The notes under the pieces: generated by a model
Seen by the model: the letters and a program-made list of their open reading frames with translations, nothing else
What the model was told of the DNA's origin: nothing
The model's database searches: none
Assembly: GCF_006345805.1 (NCBI RefSeq)
Contig: NC_043008.1
Span: forward strand, 72,168,001 to 72,232,000
Source: Octopus sinensis
Lineage: Eukaryota
DNA: 64,000 bases
Direction of reading: 5' to 3'
In this document: piece by piece, positions 40,137 to 53,660 of the stretch
How positions within the stretch are numbered: position 1 is the stretch's first letter
Layout: each line of letters opens with the position of its first letter
Made by a program: the position numbers and the translations under genes

Positions 40137-40334
40137 TGGTCAAATAGACACAAAGACAGATAGATTTCTTTATAAAAGACATAAGTAAACAAAAATTTTA
40201 TCGTGGAACTCTGGGATAACCTAGTGTTATATATATTGAGCTACGGACTCACACTATAACACTCTAATCCACAGTGCCATAACTAAGAGAAGCTTGCCAT
40301 ACACACAATGTTAAAGACTTATCGACTGTGTTAT

Positions 40335-41110
40335 ATGAACACAAAATTTCTAAAATATTCTGATGATATAGCATTATTGGAAGACAAAAATGTGAAATTA
40401 CTAGAAATTGTTGATGTTAAAGAGCAAAGTGACAATAAAGGCCTAAATACGAATTTAATAAAGATAAAGACAATAGTTATTAAGTAAGACAGACCATAAA
40501 GAAACCAATATAAAGGTAGATAAACAGAAGCGTGAGCAAGTAAATAAAACTTCAAAAATTTAGTACAAATAATAAAACCGGATGATCGTTGTGTGGAAGT
40601 TACTGAAAGAATATATTAGGTTCAACTATATTTGTAAGAATGAAAAAAATTCTTCATCACAAAAGACATAATACTACACCTAAAATTCGGGCTAGTAAAC
40701 TGTTACATTATACCAAGTGTCCTCTAAAAGGCAAAAACCTGGGCAATATACGGAGCAGTGGATAAGAAAATAGATGTCTTTTAGATGTGGATGTTTCACA
40801 GATTGAGTAGAATAAGCTGGAAAGAGAAGGTTAACAACGCCGCTGTACTAGAAAATTTGGAAGTCCAGAGACACCGTTTCCCGAGAATCAAAAACTCGAA
40901 GTTATATTCTGGACATGCAGTGCGCATGTCTGTGTTCTAGATCATCTCGCCAGGAAGTGTGGGGGGGTAACTTCGCGACAGGCTGCCACAAAGGTTTATG
41001 GACAGACATCAGAGAATGAACTGGAAAAAAGAACCAGATTTATTGTATTATATATGCATGCAGCAAAATACTAAGGGAACTCTAAAGTTTTGGCAAGCTG
41101 ACCTTTACAT
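40335..41110 (+). mobile_element. RTE-clade LINE fragment (RT C-terminal half), decayed
   Basis: LKYSDDIALL..QSDNKGLNTN..KTIVI; WAIYGAVDKKIDVF*MWMFHRLSRISWKEKVNNAAVL. Confidence 0.75.
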
Positions 41111-42236
41111 ACAGCGTGGACACAAGGCTGATGGCTGATAAGACACCATCCACCATACTTTCCCTACTAGTAAATTATTTTTTAAACTGAGATTTTTTAT
41201 GAATATCAGCAAGATATGAAGGATATCTGAATCTTAGCCACTTACATGCCCCACCATCTCCACCTATACATACAGCCCTAAAATACAAGCTTAAATAAAT
41301 GCTCGAACTATTCGTGTAGAAAAAAATGGTGTTAACCGTAGAAAAACATCGATAAAGAAGAAACTTATCAGCCATAGTAGCTACCGTTAATTTTGAGATA
41401 AAACGGAAGTTAAGGAAATGTGGACAATAGGAGTTTCAACCAAACCATTATTTTGGATTTGAAGTATTCTTCAACATGCATATCTACAATAAATTTCTTA
41501 TTCTCTTTGTTTCTCTCCATTTTCTTTTATAATATGTAGCCATTCTGTTCCCTACACATATTACTTTTATCCCCTCTCTGCATCCCCTCTTTTGTCACAT
41601 ACATAACACTCTCTTTTCTCTCTCCCTCGCTCCATCTCTCCCCCACTCTCTCCCCATCTCTCTCGTTCCTTGCCATCTCTGTCCCATTCTTTTATTTGGC
41701 TCTCACAAAACATCACATATTTTCTCGCTCTATTCGTTCATTTTGTCGGTCATTTTCTCTTTTAATGTCTCCAACATCTCTCTCTCTCTGTCAATCTATC
41801 TATCTTTCTCTCTCTCCCTATCTCTGTCTCTGTCTGTCTATCTTTCTCTCTCTCTCTCTCTCACTTTCTCTTTGTCTTCTCTTCTGCCTCAGTTTATCTT
41901 TTTCTGTCGCTATCACATTCTCTTCAGCTCTATATATTCGTTTCTCCACTTTCCTTCAAAAGGTTCTATGACTATTGCCCGCAACCGTACACACACGCGG
42001 ATTCAAAAACACAAGCTGAAACACGCTAACACTTAAGCACACTCCAAAACACGCACATACGCACGTGCGCGCACATACACACACAAACACACACAAAACT
42101 TCACGCGATGATTAATAATAAAATTGTATATATAAACACGTGTTTTGTGTGCTATTTTCCTGTTTGTATCACGAAACATACATGCTTGCATGCATGCGCG
42201 TTTGTCTGTATGAATATCTATCCATCTATCTGTCTG

Positions 42237-42268
<32 letters not shown>

Positions 42269-42279
42269 AATCCAGTGTA

Positions 42280-42700
42280 CTTTCACGCTAGAAGGAACAG
42301 CTAAAGTCCAAATCCCTATTAGCGACAAAAACTCGAAAAGAATAAAAAATGAAAACATTTACCATCTATCTCCTGGACCATGGTTTCTGACTTTGTTCTG
42401 GAAAATTGTTCGAAGAAATGCCGGTGTTATTTGCTGACGACAAAAAACTGCGCATGTGCGGTGGATTTGAAAACTTATAATGTATAATCAAGGGGCACAT
42501 GATGGATTTGCCTCGTACTTATATGTTTAATCTAGGCATACCTGTTGATGAAGACTTCGCCTGGCAAATTATTTTATTTGCTAATAAAAGTCAGAAACCA
42601 TGGTTCAGGTGATAAATGGGAACATTTTCACTTTTCATTCCATTCGAGTTTTTATCCCTAATAGTGGTTTCGACTTTAGCTGTTCCTTCTAGCGTGAAAG
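42280..42700. mobile_element. MITE-like element with ~115-bp terminal inverted repeats
   Basis: ctttcacgctagaaggaacagctaaagtc..ccatggtttctgacttt (42280-42394) is inverted at 42586-42700; the core is non-coding. Confidence 0.85.
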
Positions 42701-42837
42701 GAATCCTACGACGGATACCTCTTATATGGTTAAATGTACACTGTATTTATATGAATAATATATAGTTTATTGACTAATTTTTCTTCACGCTAAGCCACAA
42801 CAGGTAGTAAAACTTTCTAAAATCTCTATTACCCTGA

Positions 42838-42965
<128 letters not shown>

Positions 42966-43042
42966 TTATATAGATATACATACATATATATTTATATATT
43001 TACTACACACACGTGCACACAAATTATATATATATATATATG

Positions 43043-43096
<54 letters not shown>

Positions 43097-43685
43097 GATA
43101 GATAGATAGATAGATAGATTTAAATACACACATAAATACATATACACACAGTAATTCTTGTTTGACCAACGGTATACAATTTTCCTATATGCCATTCCCT
43201 AAGATCGATGATGTCATCCTATCCTTGTACAAAATATTCTTCAATGATTGAATTTCATCTGTCAGAGAAATGACTTGAACATCTTTTCCTCTTTTATCTT
43301 CTCTTCTTCTGTTCATTTGCGTCTTCTTTGGGTCTTCATTTTAGACTATAATTTGTTTACTTTTCATGGACTTTTGATAATGTTTGCATATTCCCAGGCA
43401 TACATAACACACACACACCACATATATATGTATGTATACGTGTATATATTTAAATTTAGTTTTATATATATATGCACGCAAATGCATCTATAAGAAAAGA
43501 CTCATGCACATACATATATATATTACATACTATATATATATATGTGTGTGTAGGCATGTAGTTTATTTACACATTCAAATACACACACTCTCTCACACAT
43601 ACATGTTTGTTTATATCAAACTATCTATTAATCTACATTTACGAATGTATGAATACAACCGTACATTCAATCACGGATACCCATA

Positions 43686-44399
43686 TACAAGGTGAGCTTA
43701 AAAATTACCCGACTTTATTTTTTTCCATCAAATTTAAGTCCGCATTGACAAAACATTTGCGTGGGAAGTGATGCCACCCTTCATGCGTGTGCGTGTAAGA
43801 TTTCCCTTCCGGAAATTTTCACCGAACGCATCGAGCACTGATATTGCATCAAGTTTTGTCAAAAGCTTGGTGATACAGAAGCTCAAATCCTCCTGGAAAT
43901 TCAGCAAGTCTTTTGCGATGATGCCATGGACAAATATCATATCGGAGAGTGGTACAACCGCTTCAAGCATGGTAGCACCTTACTGTCTGAATGTGACATG
44001 CTCAAACAAACTGAAACGAGAAGCTGATTAAAAAGGTTCGAAGAATAGTCTTCTAAAGCCATCGTGGAACAATCAGAAAATTGTTCTCGAATTGAGAATA
44101 ATATTTTTAATGGAGGTTTTATGCATGCAAAAATAGTGTCACCAACATACACCCACAATGGGATGCCTGGGCAGTAGACAAAACACCGCATAGGAAATCG
44201 TTCAGGAAATGCTGGACTGTGCCAATCATAACCCAGACCATTATCACCGGTGATGAGACATAGGTTTATGGTCGGTGCTCGATGCAGTCTCTCATCGAAA
44301 ACAAAAATCTGATGACTGCGCACGACACGTGTGTACTCTAGGCGTAACAGTCGGGAACTGACATCACCTAGCTGCGCGATAATTTTTCAGACCTGTGTA
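43686..44399 (+). mobile_element. Mariner derivative: 5' half of transposase ending at the first catalytic Asp, closed by an inverted mariner-like 5' end
   Basis: RIEH*YCIKFCQKLGDTEAQ..EWYNRFKHG; TIITGDET*VYG; 44272-44399 reads on the minus strand as TIR..ATGAGAGACTGCATCGAGCAC. Confidence 0.75.
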
Positions 44400-44541
44400 G
44401 TTGTGGTAGCATCATCTTATTCTCAAAGGATCTTACTCTCGCGACATTAGATTTCACGGGCAAAAACAAAGTCAGATTCTTTTTCAGTGCACCTCCGGCA
44501 CATACGTATTTTTCTACATGACTTTGTTAATGCATATACGT

Positions 44542-44585
<44 letters not shown>

Positions 44586-44589
44586 ATAA

Positions 44590-46770
44590 AACGGTAAGAT
44601 AACAAAAGAAAGAAAGAGACCTCAATATTATGTAAATAGAGGAAATTTATCTATACAATATGTTACATTACTCGGTAGTCAAGATAAAACTCTGAGTTTC
44701 AGATGCCGAAGTGGAAATCCACAACACCATCTCTTCGGTTATCTGGCTATTTGAAAACGTTATGAAAAAATACCGTTAAAAATGAAGGGAAATTACTCTG
44801 TTATAACTCTGCTTTGCCTGTGTACTTATACATCGCTCGCATTTTTCGTCATAAAAATTATATAAAAATACATAAAAATATATAAAAATATATAAAAATA
44901 TATAAAATCTTCTTGGGACATTACACAGAAAGCATGTTCTATCCGTTTTCTTTAGGGGACCAAAAACGTAACAGAAATTTAGTCACATGTGGGCATGATC
45001 CGAAAAGCTCTGTCCTTGTATTTAGACATGTGGTAGGGTCTAAGCTGCTTTTCCAGATAAGCCATCTCTCCATGTCGCATAAACCGCACCTTCCGCTGCC
45101 GTTGGTATAGGGCTTACATCTGGCCAAAATCTTCCATTGTATGTTATAATCGACACCTTTATCTCTTAAAGACCAAATATGATTGGATATTGTGTCGCTT
45201 TTCTTTTGTTCCAGTGCCTAAAGCTCAAAGTGTGGTTATTGAACCTGGCCTTGAAATTACCCTCTGTCAGGCCCACGTATTTCTTCGTCGAAACGGTGTC
45301 TTTAGTGGTTATAGAGTTTACGGTAGCTTCATATATGATGGTCTTGGACATGCAAGCTCCATTTAGCGGGCACAATTCTTTATTCCTGCATGAACAGCTG
45401 TTTTCTTCTTGTGTTTTTTGTATGTTATGATTGATTATGTTTTTAAAATTGGTAGTTGAACTAAAACTAATTTTTAAATTGTGTCTATTGAAGAGTTTCC
45501 TATAAGCATGGTTAACTGGAAAATGTCTATCTATCAGTGCTAGGAAATATTTACCTATATTGAAGGCCACCTCGGGTTAATAAGGGGGCGTAAACCAGAT
45601 GACCTTCCTATTTCTATTATTCCTTTTCCTTATTGTTGGGCTGGTGATAGGTGTATATTTTATTTTTTCGCTAAAACCACTATCTTTTAAAGCTTTATTA
45701 TAAACTGGGGCAACGCTATTGAAGATGTCCTCATTAGATGAGAGGCTAGAAATCCTCTTACTAATATTTTTAACTAAATTTTTGAATACTATAGGGGGAT
45801 GGCATGAACCTACATTAATATAACTTAGTCTATCATTGGGCTTCCTATAAGGCTTATAAATATTATTATTAAGATCTAAGGAAACGTCTAAGAAATTGAC
45901 AACCGTCAGGTTAGTGTCTATAGTTATACTAAGTCCGAAGTGTTTCATTAACTGGATATATCCTTCCTAAAACGATCTTGTGCTGGTCCATTTGTATTAG
46001 CTGTTAAGGCGAGGGCATCATCTTTGTAGATGGCGAAATGTACGTTAGGGAATGTCTTACCGAAGATATCTAGGAGAAAGAGTCCAATTAGTTCACAGAT
46101 GCCTGCCCCATCATATGAACCCATGCTCACATCGAAAGCGCCCTCCGTGTCGGTGTTTTTTACCCACTTTGCATTCTCACTGAAAAGTAATGTCTTTCTA
46201 GCATGGAAGATTATATCCTTATCATTGGTACTAATTTCTATGAAGTCACTAGCGAAGATTAGGGCTTTATCTAGCAGTTCTTTAGAGATAGGGGCATAAA
46301 AATCAACAATATCGAATTGTGTAAACCTCGCTTTTTTCTTATTCGTAATAGCTTTAAACCAGTCTACGACTTCTATACTATTGGACCATTGCACTAGCCT
46401 AGTGTCGGTCTTAATTTTCGTATTTATTTTATCTAAAATTTATTTGCTAATAATCCCTAGTTCTGACTTGGCTGGGTTGATAAGCCTACATTTAGGGTTG
46501 GAAAGGAAGTTTTCTTTGTGGTCTTTAATAGTAATAAAGGCCTCTTTTTGGGGGAGGGTTTCTATTTTTTTATCTAATTTAAGTTTAGCGGCGATGACGC
46601 TAGCTTCTTTATTAATTTCGTTATATGTCTGTGCCCTAGCCTTAGTATAATTATTAATGATGCTGTTGTGTAAGAGTTGTGTGTATTTGCTGTTATCTAC
46701 CAGGTATAAGTTCTTGGTTTTATCCGAAAAAAGTGCTTTTTTCTTGGAGCTTTTTATATGATCAATATCT
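44590..46770 (-). mobile_element. Penelope-like retroelement (RT + GIY-YIG), nearly complete ORF broken by stops and frameshifts, with 3' UTR
   Basis: AFITIKDHKENFLSNPKCRLINPAKSELG; FTQFDIVDFY; FDVSMGSYDGA; IYKDDAL; VNFLDVSLDL; HPPIVFKNL; VIWFTPPY; CSCRNKELCPLNGACM..IIYEATV..KYVGLTEGNFKARFNNH; RCGLCDMER. Confidence 0.95.
44682..44744 (-). ncRNA. Type I hammerhead-ribozyme-like motif in the Penelope 3' UTR
   Basis: AGAUAA-CCGAAGA-GAUG[..]CAUC-U-GAAA-CUCAGAG-UU-UUAUCU: 6-bp helix I, near-palindromic helix III, GUU site. Deviates by U4C and one extra nt before GAAA. Confidence 0.55.
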
Positions 46771-47194
46771 ATATATATATATATTATATATATATATATA
46801 TATATCACACACGTCTGTGTACGTGTGTGCTTTTGACTTGTTTGTGAGCACATGCAAATTGAACATCTTTAGATATCAATTTTTCTTCATGTAGATTTCC
46901 CTAATGTCAAGTGAAAATCAAAGCACTCACATCAAATACCAGCAACTAATTGTTCATATTGACATGATTGTCATCATTTCTTAGCTCCGAAACAATAAAG
47001 AAACTACATTTCATATGTAGGTTTTGTCGATGCGCGTTAAATCGTTTTTATTCATCTGCCCATGTAGACAGAAATGATAATTTTGTGTCTTTTTATGCTG
47101 CCCATCTCCCCTTACGAACAAGTTTGGATTGATGATGGTATATCCAACAAACAATATCAGAAATCAGTTTTTTGTTGGACAAATTCACCTTCAA

Positions 47195-47367
47195 GGCGCA
47201 GGCGTGGCTATGTGGTAAGAAGCTCACTACCCAACCACATGGTTCCGGGTTCTTGGGTCTGTTACTGCAGCCGACCAAAGTCTTGTGAGTGGAGTGGGTA
47301 GACGGAAACTGAAAGAAGACCGTCGTATCCATCTATCCATCTATCCATCCCCCCATCTATCCCTCTC

Positions 47368-47416
<49 letters not shown>

Positions 47417-47660
47417 GTGTGTGTATGTGCGTGTATTCGCACCTTTGTGTTTGTGCTTGTCCTCCACCACTACTTCACAACCAGTGTTGAGGTGTTTACG
47501 TGCCTATCACATGGTGGTTTGGCAAAAGAGTCAGATAGAGTAAGTATCAGACTTAACAAAAGCATAAGTACTGGGGTTGATTCATTCCATTAAAAATCGT
47601 TCAAATTGACGTGAGCATGGCCGCAGTTTAATGTATGAAACAAGTAAAGGATAAAAGATA
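47195..47660 (+). mobile_element. SINE with internal microsatellite
   Basis: ggcgtggctatgtggtaagaagc..aaccacatggttccgggttc head, gccgaccaaagtcttgtgagtgga body, ataaaag tail repeats. Confidence 0.85.
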
Positions 47661-47994
47661 AAAGGTTTTACCTTGTCTACATCTATCTGTTTAAACTTTT
47701 ACCTGAAGATGGTAAATTTATGTTATGATGTAATCTATGAATACATCAATAAAATTTAAACGAAAGAGCTATAGTGAATTTCAGACCCGTTTTGTGATAT
47801 TCCTTTTATACATACACCTGAGCCGGATATACGTTTTGCACTGGTTCTCTTACTTACATATACAGATACATATGGTATACTACCAAAACATTATACCTCA
47901 TGGTTGCTTTACCTTCATTTGAACTTAATGTTATGGTGTATAACCAGTTCTGGCACCATACGTGTTGATGTGCCTAGATGATAATGAGCCTTAT

Positions 47995-48318
47995 AGAGAT
48001 ACTTAATAAATTATTATTTATTAATTAAAAAATTGAAAACATCTCTTAAAGGTGTTTGAATTCTAGACCTTCAGAAAATTAATAAAATTAAAAATTATTT
48101 GTAAGTCGAATCTCATCAGACATACAAAATACGTGTTCAGTTCCTGCATGCAGGAATTGAACACATATATTGTATATCTTAAACTACCTCTGACGAGATT
48201 CGACTTTCAAATTATTTTTTATTTTTTATTTTATTAATTAACTTCATGAAGTCCTACAATTCAAACAGCTGTAAGAGATGTTAATTTTTGTAAATAATAA
48301 ATAATAATTTCTTATCTC
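47995..48318. repeat. Imperfect ~320-bp palindrome centred on ttcctgca|tgcaggaa
   Basis: The arms share acatctctt..tgtttgaatt..aagtcgaatctc.tcaga..tgtgttca.ttcctgca. Confidence 0.85.
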
Positions 48319-48486
48319 TGTATTAAAATCTTATTGAAATAAATAAATATATATAAACCACGGTGTATATAGTTAGCATACAGTTGAATATTAATTGTAA
48401 TGTTCAACATTCTTTGTACAGCTAACTAGCCAGTACTTTCATAGAATTTTACTATGCCTCAATGAGGTTTGTAACCTTTATTTGAA

Positions 48487-48726
<240 letters not shown>

Positions 48727-49171
48727 ATGGTGTTAAACGCAAGTGTTAATCAATTCTTTATACTTGCAACATATGTTTCAAAGAAAACATTGGTATTATT
48801 TCAGAAGGAATATAAATGATGTAAAACAGTGCAATTTTCTCATCAATAAAAACTAAAACGCATCAATAAGACATATTAATCGAATGTGATTACTGCATAT
48901 ATGATGAAGGGAACCCTGGTAAGTTATTTTTAAAAAGAAGCGTTAATAGATATGATGTCAAACCAGTTTATAGAATGAGAAGTAGAAGTAGGAGGAAGAA
49001 AGAAACTAGCAGAAAACTAAAAGTGGAGAAATATAGTGCGATATACTCTTACATTTCACTTTCACTAAATATATCTATTTCCACGCCCTTAATCTTCATT
49101 CCTATTCACTTATATATTTTTTCCGTGTTATCTGTAAACATTGAAAAAATACACATACATTGATATATAGT

Positions 49172-49220
<49 letters not shown>

Positions 49221-49340
49221 CTGTATATATATATATATACACGCACAAACACACGCAGATATGTGTGTGTGTTTGTGTGTGTGCCTCTCCGTGTGTATAT
49301 TCGTATGTTTATGGATATATGCATGTGTGTCTGTGTGCGT

Positions 49341-49390
<50 letters not shown>

Positions 49391-50301
49391 TGTGTGTGTA
49401 AGTGTATGCCAATCCTATGAAGTTGAGATCAGTGGTTAAAGGTTTGTGTGATTTTTTTCTATCACGGAAGTACAGGAAATTCTAGGACAGCTCAATTTTT
49501 TTTCGTTTTGCAAAACAAACTTGGGGATATATACAGAAGTCATGCTATGGCTTGTGTATATGTGGTATGGAATAAAGGAAGCAAGTTTCATAAAAGGATT
49601 TAACCCCTGTCAACGGTTTCTGTTGTAGTCACATACACGCACACACAAACTCACGAAAACACATGCATACACACATAGACACAGAAACATCATGGAAGAC
49701 TCGAAGTATGGGTGATGTATAATACTGCCGAATAGAAAAGGTTATCTTGCATTTACAAGTATATTGACTCTTTCTACGTTTAATATTTTGAATATCTTTA
49801 AATCATTTTCGGCCATTTTTAAGTTTGTTTGAAACATTGGAGATTCTCATTGTACAAGAAAACTGTTTCGAAATATGCATTTGTGACGTCCCCCTTTTAC
49901 TGTTAACATATGTAACACTTACACTTCATTTTGAAACAATAAATTTTCTTAAATTTTTCGCTGTTTCTTGTTTTATCGGCAGGCTCTATATCATATTAGC
50001 GAAGCAGATTCGGAACGTATTTATTAACCATTTATGTAATATAATACATAACCTATGATTCATGGATTATCGATTTTTAAAGTACTCACTTATACATTTC
50101 GGTGATTCAGGAAAGCCAACTTAGATTTCCAGATTCACCATTAATCATATTGTTTAATTGTCATTGCTGACATTAAGATCCAATGAAGAACATTCATCTC
50201 GTATATGTTTAACAATATTTACCTAACAGATTATAACTTGTTACAACTTTGTACTATTAGATGAAATCGTGCGTATTAGAGTGTTTATAACTGTGACTAT
50301 A

Positions 50302-50360
<59 letters not shown>

Positions 50361-51089
50361 TGACCCCCACACACAGATTGGAAACTGCGACTATATATTG
50401 CTCGCTCACGAGGTCCCACCACTTTCATCCTGATTTTCTACACCTTCTACACTTCGGACTATTCTATTTACTCCCCTTCACTTCGGACTTCCACCTGGTT
50501 TTCACGTTTATGAGAAATCGTTCCAATACACCAAGATATTAGAACCTTTTGAACTTTTCTGAACTTTTTTGTGCTTTCTGCTTTTTCCTATTCTCGTTTC
50601 TTACTCTATTTTCTCTCCATCCGCACCTTATTACTTTGCCTCTCTCTCCCTCCCTTTCTTTTCCACTTTTGTCTTCTCTTCTCCCTTTCCTCTCATTTCC
50701 CCTCTGCTTCTTCCTTCTTTCTCTCCTTGTTTATATCTTTTCTTCTCCTCTCACCGCTTATATTTTTTTCTCCTCACGCCTTTTGAATAATCTTCTCCCC
50801 ACACCTGAGATTTTCCTCCTCCCATCTTTATTTGCCTTTCTCTCCCAACCATTTATTAAAACCTTTTCTCATCAACCTTCACCACCACATAAAAAGCCCC
50901 GTTCCATATTTCCTTTCCGCTGCTTCAACCATCTTACCCATACTCAATACTATTTCCTACCGCTTTATGCGCGCCACCATTTGTTCCAATCTCTCCGAAA
51001 TACAAACCATCGACAGCCTTCTCTCTCTTGCTTTTTCTTCTCTTCTCCTCTCGCTCGCACAAACCTGATATATGCATATATATATATAT

Positions 51090-51144
<55 letters not shown>

Positions 51145-51146
<2 letters not shown>

Positions 51147-51262
51147 TACTCTTTTACTCGTTTCAGTCATTTGACTGTTGCCATGCTGGAGCACCGCCTT
51201 CTGTCAAGCAAATCTACCCCAGGACTTATTCTTTGTAAGCCTAGTTCTTATTCTATCGTATA
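51145..51262 (-). mobile_element. SINE 3' fragment
   Basis: cttttactcgtttcagtcatttgactg..ccatgctggagcaccgcc is the reverse complement of the tail type at about 47540-47660. Confidence 0.7.
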
Positions 51263-51273
51263 TATATACATAC

Positions 51274-51335
<62 letters not shown>

Positions 51336-51585
51336 TAGATATATCTGCGTGTGTGTTTCTGCGAGTCTGTGTATGTATGTATGTATGTATGTATGTATAA
51401 TTTTGCTGATAGTTATTTCCCTGAAATATTTTTCTCACACGAAGTTCTCATGTTTCTGTGAAATATGCCATTAATAATAAAAAGCACTCAGAGATACCAG
51501 CTAATAGTTGTAAAATAAGATTACATTCAGAGTATGCATACATATTCTTCTATTTTGTTTCTCGCAATAGACAATAACATATGCA

Positions 51586-51620
<35 letters not shown>

Positions 51621-52048
51621 GTGCGTGCGCGCACACGCGTATACACACACATACACACATATATATATGCATGATATATATATACGCGATTCGCACACAT
51701 GCAGACTTCTGAGATTACGAGAATTGGAACTCATGTAAACTGTGAAGAATTATGAGTAATTTTCGTTTCACAGTGTTATAGGTAAGATGATATTACATTT
51801 AAAATATGCGAAACTATTATCACGATGCATATATAAACATGTATAGAAGTGTGTAATTTTATATTTTCGTAGATCACAATCGGTAGCTATTTGACTACAT
51901 GTCAATTTATATGGATATAAGTTTGCCTTCACCACCATAAACACTATCATGAATGCGAAATACAGTAAAACCACTGTCATTACGTACACCACTCCAACGA
52001 TTCAATATATATGTATATGTATGTGCATATGTGTGTGTGTGTGTGTGT

Positions 52049-52091
<43 letters not shown>

Positions 52092-52575
52092 TGAGTGTGT
52101 GTGTGTATTTGTATGTGTGTGTGTATGTGTGTGCGTGTCCGAATGAGTGGACAAACGAAAGAAGCGCACTCAGCCAACTTATTGGGAGTTAGATATATTG
52201 ATAAAAAGAGTTGTTAATTGAATTTCAAGTGAGATGCTAGTCGTCAGCCAGAGCACTAAGTCAAGAGTTTTATTCAATTTGAATAAAACTCTTTTGATCC
52301 ATATATATATATACTAATCATATCTGTCGGGCATGTGGAAGAGAGGGTAATTCGGCAGGAGGACTTAAACGGCATGCAAAGGTACATGAAGCCCAGTTAC
52401 AACTATAGCCGGCTATTACCAGTAAATGTTTTAGTTGCTAATTTTGTACAAGACATTGTAGATCTTTAGCTGGGCTAAAAAGTCACATTCGATCACAGCA
52501 CCAGTAACAGTTAAGCTTCGTGCAATGGCCATACTCGATAACGAAGGGGCAGCCATAATAATAATAATAATAATA

Positions 52576-52644
<69 letters not shown>

Positions 52645-52647
<3 letters not shown>

Positions 52648-52830
52648 TGGGGGGGGCGAATTCACGAAAAAAACACAAGACGAAGACAGGTGGTGTAGAA
52701 AACAAACAAATATATTAGTATAACGCTCGGGAACTGATAAAGTCTTTTACGTTTCGAGCCTACGCTCTTCCACAGAAAGGAACACAGAAAGAAACAAGAA
52801 GAGAAAAAATGTGTGTAGTGGCTGCCGATC
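52645..52830 (-). mobile_element. Penelope-type terminal fragment carrying a degenerate hammerhead-like motif (52744-52779)
   Basis: CUUU-CUGUGGA-A-GAGC[GUAG]GCUC-GAAA-CG-UA-AAAG; the Penelope origin is inferred from the motif layout. Confidence 0.5.
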
Positions 52831-52895
52831 TAATTACGCACATAAATCTGAAACAAGGTGGGAAAAAATAGTACTCGAATACCTGAGGTGAAGTA

Positions 52896-53076
52896 ATATA
52901 CTTTATTACTATTAAAGCTGCTAAAACATCACAAAAATACCATAAAAGCCTGCTACTAAGAGTTTCACGTTCCCGTTCGTTGTTCGTCGGACGAACAGGG
53001 ACGTGAAACTCTGAGTAGCAGCTTTTTTGTGATATCATTGTGATATTTTTGCAGCTTTAATAATAATAAAGTATAT
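52896..53076. mobile_element. ~180-bp palindrome with hammerhead-like motifs in both arms
   Basis: Centre gttcgtc-g-gacgaac (52989); arms tatactttatt..aaagctgc..agagtttcacgt.. Confidence 0.85.
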
Positions 53077-53094
53077 GTATGTATGTATATATCT

Positions 53095-53660
53095 GCTCTC
53101 TGAACTTCTCATGAAGTTGGGGTATGGTGAATATCATGTCAATAGTTGATCTGCTTCTTCTAAAGCCACACTTCGATTATGGATAAATTCGAGTTGCAAG
53201 CAGTTGTAGCCTGGACAGGATTACGCGGGGAAAGGTCTTTCTCACAGTGCTGAGAAGAGATAGTCCACGGTAATTGTTGCAATTACCACGGTCACCTTTG
53301 TTTTTGTAAAGCGTAATGATGTTAGCATCCCGCATGTCTTGAGGGACTGTACCCTCTTCTCTGCTCTGACACAGAAGCTGATAAAGGTGCTGAAGCAGGG
53401 CGATTTTTTTGCCGGATTTGGTGATCTTTGAGGGGATGCCGTCCTTTCCCGGATTCTTACCACCGGTTAGGGAGTCAATAGCCTTGATGAGCTCTGTTAT
53501 GGACAGCAGACTGTCAAGTTCGTACAATGCGTGACGTGCCAGAAGGAGTGTTTGTCCAGGATAGGACTACACAGCCACAGCAGGAGATCTGTCTATGTGC
53601 TTATCCTGATGACCGCTGTTGGTTTCTTTAGGTTGCCCATAACTAGAGGTTCGTCAAAAG
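53095..53660 (-). mobile_element. RTE-clade LINE fragment (N-terminal RT region)
   Basis: ELIKAIDSLTGGKNPGKDGIP..VPQDMRDANIITLYKNKGDRGNCNNYRGLSLLS..RIYP*SKCGFRRSRSTIDMIF. Confidence 0.92.
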
